Below are positions 29,901 through 38,925 of a DNA stretch of 64,000 bases, piece after piece. The notes under the pieces were generated by a model. The model made no database searches and was not told the origin of the DNA. It was given only the letters and a program-made list of their open reading frames with translations. The position numbers were made by a program, and so were the translations under genes. The number at the start of each line of letters is the position of its first letter. Within the stretch, counting starts at the first letter, position 1. Origin of the DNA: a virus (Duplodnaviria; Caudoviricetes); IMG/VR virus record IMGVR_UViG_3300029288_000151, positions 1-64,000 of that record; one strand, given 5' to 3'.

Positions 29901-31465
29901 CGCTCAAACTCCATTGTTCCAGAAACTTTTGTAGAAATTAGTCCCATCTCTTTGGCAAGCGCTTCTCTTGCTGCCGCAGACTCGAAACCTCCGGCTCCTG
30001 GTTTCGCATAGAAGGTTAGTAATTGAGGAGCGACATGGGCTTCGCGACCAGAAAAAGATAAAGCTTTCTGTGTTTCGTTTGATGCCCAATCACCAAGTTC
30101 TGTCTCTATCCCCATTAGCCGATTGTATTCTGGCCCAACGAAAGGTCTTTCTAACCGATGCATGTATTTCCCTAAAGAGCCAGAAAACCTAAATCGATCG
30201 CCAGAAGCAAGAGCTTTCGCTTCTGCAGAAAGGCCCCACTCTTCTCTAAGGAATCTCAATGGCATTTGGCTGGTTGGGAACATCTCTCCAAGAGCATTTC
30301 CATAAAGCATCCGACGAACATCTTGTCGGTACAGAGTTCCAGAACCAATCGCTCCTTGGCTTGTCCCACCAAACAACCCAGAAGCCAACGCCTCGTCTAA
30401 GACATCAGGAGTCATATTCTTTCCAGAATACACAGACTGAAGAGGGATTAGCTTCCTCTTGGCAAGTCCACCAGAAGTCAGGAACTCTTCTGGGTGTTGC
30501 CAAATTGCTAATCTTTTCCCAGCTTCATTCGCATTCAGATTATCTATTAGTCGTGCATTGGTATTGATAACAGCATGTTTCGCCGAACGGGCTTTGTCTT
30601 TCTCGGCACGGAGAGCAGACAAGTAAGACTCAGCATATCCTATCGCCTCTAACCCTTTCGTGCTCCCTCTGGAGAGGTCATAGCCTTTGCGCAAAACATA
30701 TCGCTGTTCAAAGTTTTTACCTAGTGGCAAGATATCTGTTTCGCCCAATGGCAAGTCTATCCTTGCAGAAGAACCCTTAACGTTAGTCCTCATCATTCTA
30801 ACGCCACCAACAGAGACAAGAGACGACTTGCCGATACTCTTCTCTCCAAGGATCTCTTTTAAAGAGGCCTGAATCTTTTCGTAAGCTGCTCTCTCTCCGC
30901 TACTTAAACTTCTAAGATCCACTCTGTCTGGCCGGGACGGGAGGATTGCCTGAGAAATTATTGTGGCTCCAAACTCCTTATTGTAAACATTGCCTCTTGT
31001 TATCTTCTCTATCTCTTTCTCAAACAGATTCGCGTTCCCACCATAAGCTCCAATTGTTTTAGCTGCTTGTCCATATGCTTCTAATGGAGTACTAGAGTTA
31101 GCCAAAATTCCCTGAAAGGCAGCATAGGCTTGTTTGTGGGCCGTCGGTTTATTCCCGGCCATTATGGATTCGTATGCCGCACGAGCGATGTCGTGCTTCA
31201 TCTCTCCATGATTAGCAGAACCAGTAATCATATTCCCAAAGTATTCTAACGGGCGGATCTCCGAAGTAACTGCTGGCTCTACAAGGGAACCTAACTCTCT
31301 TACTCTTTTCGCCGCTGAAGTATAATCATAGAGTGGTCTTTTAACCGCAGTTGCAAGATCCTGCCAGTGGTTGCGCATGCCAATACCGAACCCTATTATT
31401 GGCGCGGCAGCAGCACTAGCACCCCATAGACTTGATCTTTCTTCTATATCTTGGTAGGTCGCCAA
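26996..31465 (-). CDS. Putative single-polypeptide two-barrel (beta/beta'-like) RNA polymerase, probably virion-associated
   Basis: 1489 aa, TTG start. Ordered matches to E. coli RpoB/RpoC motifs: [11 protein letters not shown]~[36 protein letters not shown]~[33 protein letters not shown]~[21 protein letters not shown]~[25 protein letters not shown]~NRAPTLHRLGIQA; ADYDKD~ADFDGD. Confidence 0.8.
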   Translation of the reverse strand: [1489 protein letters not shown]

Positions 31466-31466
31466 A

Positions 31467-34400
31467 TTAATTTCCTAATACCTGATATGATTGATCAACA
31501 AGACCTTGTCTTCTATCGTTTATAACAATATCCAATCTGCTTCCAATATTAGCATTTATCTTACTATTCCGGATAGTTCCTCGATCGCTAGATCGAATAA
31601 ATCTACCGAAAGCATACAGATTGTTAAGAGACTGTCCTTCGTCAACCATAGATTGTTTTAGATTGTCTGCACTTTCAAGCCGCGAAACAACGTCAGAATT
31701 TATATACGGCTTCCTGGACAGCGACTGCATCCTATCTTGCCAGAGATCGAAATCATGATTGTCCGAATTATGGACAACACCACAAATTGTTGTATAGAAA
31801 TGAGGCTCCCCCATGTCAAAATCATACAGAATAGGATCATTAATAATAATTTTCTTTTTGTTAACACCGAACCAAAAATACTTTTCAAGTTCATCAGAGA
31901 TAGCACAAGTTTCTAAATAATCTTGTTGTCTTACTTCTTTGCATAACAAGAAAGCAATCTTTGCAATATGATCCCCAATATTAATTCTAAATGCAGGACT
32001 TGTGCTCTTATAAGAAGAGGATGGCCTCACTTTTATAAATTGGAGCCGAGATCGTATCCCTAAACTGTTTAGCAGATTCCACCCCTGTCTACCAAGTGTC
32101 TCTGAACTAGTTTGGATAGATATGTTTTTAGGCAGAGATAAACATTTCCTCTTATCAACAAAACCATCACCAAAGAACCAAGATCTTAAAAAATATAAGA
32201 TTGTCTCTTTGGGTAGTTTAAAAAAGTCTTCTGTTAATGTCTTGGTTGTCGCTTTGTCTCCTGTACAAAATAATTTAACAACAGAAGCTGCAATAGCACT
32301 ATGCACCCTCACAAGAAGCGCATCGGCTCCATTTGGATCGGGAGAAATTGTTGTGTTCGCATTAAACATTCTTTTTGCATATCTAGAAATTTCTTCAGCC
32401 TCTTCTGTTTCTTTTGAGGACAAACTAAAAATAACTGTTTTAAGACGTCCTCCTTTTGTTTTTGCACAATACCCTTCTGCAACATACCATCCTAGAAAAC
32501 TTCCGAAAGAGGCATCTAGTTTAAGCATCCTCTGATGTTTTTTGCCTTTAATCCCATAGGAGAAGATCTCCTCGTCATATTTTACTGCATTACTTTTTAC
32601 TAATGGCAATAAATCAATTTCTTCTTTTGACTCTTCGAAAAACAGTTTAGGATAAATCATTTTGTCTCTTGGTCTAATCTTGTCTACTGGTATTTTAATT
32701 AATCTATATTCTTTTAAATACTGTCGAACGATAGGAACGATATGATTTCCTGTGATGACAATGGAAGCATCAAACATCCCTGAATTTTTCAACTTGTATG
32801 TATTGTTGTCGTTCTTGTGCATAAAAATTTCTTTAACTCCGGTGAGATACCCGTCCGAATTTATTAACTTTTCCCCAGCACGAATATCTTTCGCAAATCT
32901 AACAACGCCCACTCCAGATAATATTTTAGAGTCTCCAGAAATACAACCTTCCATCTGTAAATACTTAGCTTCTATGTCTTTCAAATCGACTGATGGTGAC
33001 CAGGCTACCCACGAAGGATCGGGAAGCGAACGAGTAGCGAAATACTCTTTAAGCTTCTTCTGTCTTAGCCAATCGGCAAAAGACATCTTGCCGCCAGTTT
33101 CGCTAAGCCATTGTTCTTCCTGCTCTTTGTCGTAACTTAGTCCTTCAGACTTTCTGCCTCTTATGATCTCTGAGATCATCTGGACGTCTTCGTTCGTAGC
33201 TCTCTGAGCATCTATCTTAGCTCTAATCGCAGCAGCCTTTTCTGTTATCCATCGGGAGGCGTAGATCCTTTGCTCGTCGCGCGGGACAAGAGAAAGAATT
33301 TGAGCCCGCTCTTCCTCTGTCTTTGCATCAGAGAAAGCCGAATAGAAATCTCTTTCGTTCCGGGGGAGAGCCCTCATTGCATTTGTTGGATTAGCAAACG
33401 GATCTACCCCGAACAGAGTTTGATCCATTTGGCGCTCATAGGCGCCTGCCTCTTTATATCTTCCCTCTTCCATAGCCTCATCGCGAAGCTTTTGGGATTT
33501 CACATATTGAAGTATGTCAAAATATTCTTGGACAGATCTCTTCTTCTGTATATATTCAGGGATCTCCTCGTCACCAAGACCAGCCTCTGTCATCTCCTTT
33601 GCTGGCAGCAAGAAGTTCTCAATCGGTCGATCCCAGAAAGCGGAACCTGTTCCAATGGCTTCTTCTGCGACGTAGGTCTCAATAGCAGAACGTTTTCTAA
33701 TAAGTTTTGCCGCAGGACTAATAGGAGTTAAATACTCAAGCGGCGTTTCCACTGCTCTAGACGCCCATTCCCATGCCGCACCAGCAGCGCGCTCTCTCGA
33801 CTCGTAGCGCAACTGTTCAAATTCATCTTTAAGTTCCGTACTTTCGGCGATCCCTTCTTCTGCGAAAAGACTTCCTAAGTCCCGATCTCCTATCATGGGA
33901 ACGCCACGAATAGTGCCGCCTACTCCCATGTTCCACATCCGAGATTCCATGGTCGGAACAGCCAAATCTATTTTCCTACCTTGGAGAATCTCTCTTGCTT
34001 GTTCTTCAGACTTAGAAGAAAGCATAGCCCCTATGCCTTCTGCGTTTATTACCGCCCGCCCGAACTCTTCTGTCGTAAATTTACTTGGAGAGATTACGTC
34101 CTTAACGGTGACAGGGATTGTCTCTAATAGGTCTTCGTCAAAGCGGTACTCATCAAACTCACGTCGCGTCTTCCTCTGCCGAACCTGTTCCCTGATTGTC
34201 TGGATCATCATCTGTTGATTTTCAGGCAAGGAATCACGGCTCGCCATGGCCCTCTTTAAAGTAGAGTCGTATTCGGGACTCCAGGGAGCAATATCAGCGA
34301 GGATCTTTAAGCGATAAGCAAGAGGATAATCTTCTGGATCTAAACCTTCGACTTCAGGATTTAACGCCGCGAACCCCGAGCCCGGCATCCGGATCTCTGC

Positions 34401-37400
34401 TTCTGAAATATCAGCGAAAGGATTACCTTTTCTTACGTCAATAAAATAATCTCTTGGCAGCCAGGAAGCCATCTCTGCTTCAAGAGGATTATATTCGTCA
34501 AGATATGATCTGGTATGAGGAATAAATCTTCTCACGGGCTCCGACATCGTAGCAGCCCCGCCGAGATTAAGATGCTTCCAAAGCCAATATTCTCCTCCAG
34601 TTTCCTTCCCCATCGTACCAACGGTCTGAAGGTTCTGGAACAATTCCTCTCTGCCGGTAATACCTTTCTGTAATACGCTCGAAGCATAACCCATCAAACC
34701 AACCGCTTCTCTGCGTCTATACAGAAGCTCGTTGAATAATTGAGTTCCTTCTTCGGGCAATACAGGAGCGCCGGGACCTAGCCCTCCTAAGGAGTAATCT
34801 GGCTCTGTCTCTGCTGGTCTTGGGCCAGGATGATGGACATACTCTCCATTACCCAACATCCACTCATCCGGACGTACGAACTTTCTTGGTTTGAGAAGTC
34901 TCCCCGCTGTGGCTGCGATAAGCGGCCCAACAAAGGGAACGTCCTCTCCCCAAGTCCCTGTGAGCGGCGAGGGACGATCATATTGATGAGTCATTTCGTA
35001 GTGATACTTCCAGTCATCACTGCCGAACAAAGCTTTTAACGGATGTAAAAGCGGATCGTATTCCCAGCGTTCGCTTTCCTCTCCATAGATACCTTTCTGA
35101 TAGGCTCTGGTCCTTAGTCTCTCAAGCGAGTGCTTCCTGTAGTACTCAATAGATGAATTATGGAGGGTTATCCCTGTAGAAAGGAAACTATTGCCTTCCT
35201 CGACTTGTATGTCCCAAACTTCTCCTTCGTAATGTATTATTTCTATCTTATCAATCTTTAACAACCATCCGTTCGATATCTTTATTTTCCTAACACTCGA
35301 ATAGTTAGCCTCGTGCTTCCCTGGTTTTGGATCTTTCATTAGGGAATACAATCGTTCTGCATCAAATCCAGAAATTGTAAGCTCATATGCCCTGTGTATC
35401 TTTTCCCCATTTGGAACAGCAGCAACAAGCCTACTGTTAGAACTAGATCCTATTCCTTTAGAGGCCATCAACATTTGAATCTGTTTAAGCAACACCGGAG
35501 TAGAAAGACCGATATTGCAACTACAGGCATATGGCTTTGGAGAACCGTCTCCATTAACAAAAGCCTCTAAAAAACCATTAATAAATTCTTCTGACGCATT
35601 GAGAAGGATAGGATTTAATTGTTTGTCCCCTTTCCTTGCTGTTCCAGGACATAAGGAAGACAAGATGTGTTTTAATACTGTACTATAACTATCAATAATA
35701 ATTCCGTTAGAATCTCCTTGAGGATCAATCCTATATGTGCAATTAAATTTATTTAATAACCTAAAAATATCATTGTGATATTTTGTCTCATTTTTGTGAA
35801 AAGAAAATGAGACTGTGCCATTATCTTTGTCAATATTTCCTTCTGCCGCGTAATACCCAATAAGGCTTCCAAAATCATAATCTAACTCTATCTCTTCTGG
35901 CCAAGTATCAATCAATCTATACCCTGCAAATACCGCAGTTCTTGTCTTCTTCCTTAGGTCGCTCAATCTATTTCTAATATACTTTACAGAAACACTGAAT
36001 TGGCGAATAATTTCGTTCTGTCTCTCTCTTCTGACAACACTTCTCCGCGGCAACATTCCCCATTCGACAATTTGGTCATCAAGTATTTGTTGGTCATCTT
36101 TGGCCAAGGCGCAATTATTTGCTTTCACATAAACATTTCCTCTATAAATTTTATATCCATCTTTCGGCAAACAATCTATAACCTTTATTGTTACAATGGA
36201 TTTACTAAAAGCCAACTCTGGGATAAAAAGACAATGATTCGTTGTTAGTTCACTAGCAGGAATCCAATTTAGCCGAATAGACTTCTCTTCTCCCTGATTA
36301 TATTCTGACAAGTCATAAGCTAAAACCTCATGATTCGCAGTGACTTTTGTTGTGTCTGTTCTGTCCCAAGGAGAATAAATCTTAAAAACTTCTTCGCTTA
36401 CCCTCCTGCTAGCAATATTCAAAACAGTAGTCCGTTTCCCTTTATAATTAATTACTTGATCTCCAATTTGAATTTTACAAATTGGTTTGATTGTCCCATC
36501 TGCCATTAATATGGTTGAATCACTCGTCAAGCAACCTTCATACTTGCTTGATCTTCCCGCTTCCCACCAGCGTCCTTTCCTGATAGCAACATCTTTCTCG
36601 CCAGAATAAACAGCTTCTAGCTCTTCCGGGTTTTCTTTGGAACCTAATAGATTAAGTCCCGGAATTGCTGCCATAAAATTACCAGACAGGAGAGACAGGC
36701 CACTAGATAATGCTGTCCAGGCAGCAAGTCCGCCAATCGCACCGGCAAGAGTTGGGCTCTTTACCCCGGCCAAAGCTTTCCCAATAAATGGGATATCTTT
36801 TACGCGACGTCCAACTTTGCTGGCCCAAGAGGAAGCAAAAGACTCTTCTCTACTAACACGGAGAGAGTTAAAGATCTCATTGAATGCCTTACCTTTGTTG
36901 GTATATTTTTCTTTAGCCGCCGCATATAGCAAACCACCATATCTTCCAGTGCCAGCCATCAGTCCGCCAACGCCAGCAAAACCTAAAGCAGATTGCCACG
37001 AAACAAGACCAGGAGTTACCTGATCCTGCCGCCGGAGAGATTCGCCCAGACCTATCTTCTCAGAGATAGAAGCCCTAGTGACGTCAACGTCCGCTAGCGT
37101 CCTTCCTATCCCATAGAAGAAACCCTGATCGAACTTAGGAGCAAGCGAAGAATAAAGACCAAGAGCAGCACCAGCCACAAGCCCTTTCCTTGAGAAAGGT
37201 ACAGACTTGGTCGCTCTAAAAGCAACTCCTCCAATAGCAGCCCCAAGTCCAGTCCCTACGAGAGGAGCTAACGGAGAACCTGAAGATCTTAAATAATCAT
37301 AATATTCAAGCCCTTTCCATGCGCCGCCAAGGAGAAGACCCTTCTTGATATACCGGCCGATCATCTGGCTCGAAGTGCCAGGCTCGATACCAATCTTGTT

Positions 37401-38237
37401 GAGGATAGGAATCCTGGAGAGAGCATTCCCAAGAACAGGGATTTCGAAAGGCTTGCTTAAAAGATTGTTTAACCGACCAACAGTACTTGCCGCCCTTGCC
37501 CTGAAGAAATTGGCAACAAGTTCCATCTGGGCAAATAACTTCTGGGTGCTTTCTTTAAGACTTACCCTTGCACCAAGAATATTTAACTCAGGACGTAATT
37601 TCGTTATAAGTGGAATCCTTGGTTCTTTCTGAGCCAAAGGATCCCAATTCCTATAAGGAAGCCCTTTCTTGAATTCTTCAAATGGGATATCAGGTGCTAT
37701 ACGGGCCCAGGATGCCCTCAGAGCCCCTTCTTTAAGAGAGACATTGCTCCCTAGCTCCATCCCTTGAACTCGGGCGTAGTAGTCCGCTATGGCCGCTCCA
37801 CGCTGTGTTCCAGAAGCAACTTGCATAGAGTAGCCGACAAGATTACCAGATTGGTCTCTTACCTGGCCAAGAATAGACCCCGTTCTGTAGATATTCGCTC
37901 TAGTTACTTCGGGACCAAGAGCATTCCGCAGATATTCACTGAAGACATTGTTGCCCTTGAGGAGATCACTTGTAAGCTCTACCCGTCTCCAGGACTCTAA
38001 TGGGGATAGGGTTTCAGACAGGCGGAAGGTCTTGAAGATTGCTCCGGGAGTCGCTTCTTCAAACGAACGGATCCCCTGGATATAATGATCCCAAAGCCTC
38101 TTCTGGCCGATTGGGACAAAACCACTCGCTGCGAATGCCGCTGTGGCGGCGCCAACACCAAGAAGATTAGACGGGTCCTCTCCTGGGATTACAGGCTGTG
38201 TGCCGGTTGCCGTAATTGGGGGTTGCTGTATTGGCAA
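31467..38237 (-). CDS. Tape-measure-like protein containing two inteins (about 1404 aa after splicing)
   Basis: 2256 aa, TTG start. Follows the tail chaperones. Has several Gly/Ala-rich hydrophobic segments and two C...HN/S intein blocks. Confidence 0.75.
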   Translation of the reverse strand: MPIQQPPITATGTQPVIPGEDPSNLLGVGAATAAFAASGFVPIGQKRLWDHYIQGIRSFEEATPGAIFKTFRLSETLSPLESWRRVELTSDLLKGNNVFSEYLRNALGPEVTRANIYRTGSILGQVRDQSGNLVGYSMQVASGTQRGAAIADYYARVQGMELGSNVSLKEGALRASWARIAPDIPFEEFKKGLPYRNWDPLAQKEPRIPLITKLRPELNILGARVSLKESTQKLFAQMELVANFFRARAASTVGRLNNLLSKPFEIPVLGNALSRIPILNKIGIEPGTSSQMIGRYIKKGLLLGGAWKGLEYYDYLRSSGSPLAPLVGTGLGAAIGGVAFRATKSVPFSRKGLVAGAALGLYSSLAPKFDQGFFYGIGRTLADVDVTRASISEKIGLGESLRRQDQVTPGLVSWQSALGFAGVGGLMAGTGRYGGLLYAAAKEKYTNKGKAFNEIFNSLRVSREESFASSWASKVGRRVKDIPFIGKALAGVKSPTLAGAIGGLAAWTALSSGLSLLSGNFMAAIPGLNLLGSKENPEELEAVYSGEKDVAIRKGRWWEAGRSSKYEGCLTSDSTILMADGTIKPICKIQIGDQVINYKGKRTTVLNIASRRVSEEVFKIYSPWDRTDTTKVTANHEVLAYDLSEYNQGEEKSIRLNWIPASELTTNHCLFIPELAFSKSIVTIKVIDCLPKDGYKIYRGNVYVKANNCALAKDDQQILDDQIVEWGMLPRRSVVRRERQNEIIRQFSVSVKYIRNRLSDLRKKTRTAVFAGYRLIDTWPEEIELDYDFGSLIGYYAAEGNIDKDNGTVSFSFHKNETKYHNDIFRLLNKFNCTYRIDPQGDSNGIIIDSYSTVLKHILSSLCPGTARKGDKQLNPILLNASEEFINGFLEAFVNGDGSPKPYACSCNIGLSTPVLLKQIQMLMASKGIGSSSNSRLVAAVPNGEKIHRAYELTISGFDAERLYSLMKDPKPGKHEANYSSVRKIKISNGWLLKIDKIEIIHYEGEVWDIQVEEGNSFLSTGITLHNSSIEYYRKHSLERLRTRAYQKGIYGEESERWEYDPLLHPLKALFGSDDWKYHYEMTHQYDRPSPLTGTWGEDVPFVGPLIAATAGRLLKPRKFVRPDEWMLGNGEYVHHPGPRPAETEPDYSLGGLGPGAPVLPEEGTQLFNELLYRRREAVGLMGYASSVLQKGITGREELFQNLQTVGTMGKETGGEYWLWKHLNLGGAATMSEPVRRFIPHTRSYLDEYNPLEAEMASWLPRDYFIDVRKGNPFADISEAEIRMPGSGFAALNPEVEGLDPEDYPLAYRLKILADIAPWSPEYDSTLKRAMASRDSLPENQQMMIQTIREQVRQRKTRREFDEYRFDEDLLETIPVTVKDVISPSKFTTEEFGRAVINAEGIGAMLSSKSEEQAREILQGRKIDLAVPTMESRMWNMGVGGTIRGVPMIGDRDLGSLFAEEGIAESTELKDEFEQLRYESRERAAGAAWEWASRAVETPLEYLTPISPAAKLIRKRSAIETYVAEEAIGTGSAFWDRPIENFLLPAKEMTEAGLGDEEIPEYIQKKRSVQEYFDILQYVKSQKLRDEAMEEGRYKEAGAYERQMDQTLFGVDPFANPTNAMRALPRNERDFYSAFSDAKTEEERAQILSLVPRDEQRIYASRWITEKAAAIRAKIDAQRATNEDVQMISEIIRGRKSEGLSYDKEQEEQWLSETGGKMSFADWLRQKKLKEYFATRSLPDPSWVAWSPSVDLKDIEAKYLQMEGCISGDSKILSGVGVVRFAKDIRAGEKLINSDGYLTGVKEIFMHKNDNNTYKLKNSGMFDASIVITGNHIVPIVRQYLKEYRLIKIPVDKIRPRDKMIYPKLFFEESKEEIDLLPLVKSNAVKYDEEIFSYGIKGKKHQRMLKLDASFGSFLGWYVAEGYCAKTKGGRLKTVIFSLSSKETEEAEEISRYAKRMFNANTTISPDPNGADALLVRVHSAIAASVVKLFCTGDKATTKTLTEDFFKLPKETILYFLRSWFFGDGFVDKRKCLSLPKNISIQTSSETLGRQGWNLLNSLGIRSRLQFIKVRPSSSYKSTSPAFRINIGDHIAKIAFLLCKEVRQQDYLETCAISDELEKYFWFGVNKKKIIINDPILYDFDMGEPHFYTTICGVVHNSDNHDFDLWQDRMQSLSRKPYINSDVVSRLESADNLKQSMVDEGQSLNNLYAFGRFIRSSDRGTIRNSKINANIGSRLDIVINDRRQGLVDQSYQVLGN
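31767..32945 (-). mobile_element. Intein 2 in tape-measure-like gene (393 aa, LAGLIDADG endonuclease)
   Basis: MEG|CISGDSKIL...CGVVHN|SDNH; LAGLIDADG-like blocks FLGWYVAEG and SWFFGDG; AT-rich. Confidence 0.93.
35157..36533 (-). mobile_element. Intein 1 in tape-measure-like gene (459 aa, LAGLIDADG endonuclease)
   Basis: YEG|CLTSDSTIL...GITLHN|SSIE; block B TANHEV; blocks LIGYYAAEG and AFVNGDG; AT-rich. Confidence 0.93.
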
Positions 38238-38250
38238 CTAGGATCACGTC

Positions 38251-38919
38251 CTATTTTCTGACAGCCATCTTTCTCTTCAAGTCCATCAACTTTTGCATTC
38301 GGTCTGGATCATTCTTGAGATTGCCCTTCATCTCATTGAGATCCCTCATGTCTCTTTTCGCCATATTTACTAGATCATCTGCGCTCTCTGTTTTCTTTGT
38401 GCTCGCTGTATTCGTAAATTCATATGGATTCGGAATCATTCCAGTCTCTAACATCATGGCTTCGGCCTGGGCAAAAACATTAATGAGTTCTTGATAACTT
38501 AAATCATTAATAGTTTCAAACGTATAGCCACTGAAGACAGAACAGATAATCCTCTTCATCATTGTCGTTGGAGAATTGACTGTCCCGCGACAGATATCCA
38601 GGAACTCTAATGTATATTTTACCTTATCGGAGCCAATACCCGACAAGTAAAGGATCAGCTCTGCCACGGAATGAATGATCCCGGCAGGAATCTCTATGTC
38701 TTCAAATGCCCGAATCTCACTGACAACGCACTCTCTAAAGATTTCTTCGCGGATAAGGGCCTTGACTCCAAGGCCGGAAGAGAGCATCAGGGCAGCGGCA
38801 TAATCTTCGGCTCTTTTGTTACCCGGCAATTTGAACGGGACTTCGCCCCATTCACCAAATTGGACAATGAAGAGCTTGCCTTTGCCCTTCTGCGACGAAA
38901 GCTGAAGGACACTTTCCAT
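38251..38919 (-). CDS. Tail assembly chaperone-like protein 2
   Basis: Immediately upstream of the tape measure; paralogous to 38926..39501 (RECVV...IPAGIIHSVAELI). Confidence 0.6.
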   Translation of the reverse strand: MESVLQLSSQKGKGKLFIVQFGEWGEVPFKLPGNKRAEDYAAALMLSSGLGVKALIREEIFRECVVSEIRAFEDIEIPAGIIHSVAELILYLSGIGSDKVKYTLEFLDICRGTVNSPTTMMKRIICSVFSGYTFETINDLSYQELINVFAQAEAMMLETGMIPNPYEFTNTASTKKTESADDLVNMAKRDMRDLNEMKGNLKNDPDRMQKLMDLKRKMAVRK

Positions 38920-38925
38920 AATTGA

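Noticed and set aside
26996-31465. Calling the 1489-aa ORF simply a second tape measure protein
   Set aside because: Position and hydrophobic ends fit, but the ordered RNAP motifs with conserved catalytic residues are unlikely to arise by chance in a tape measure.
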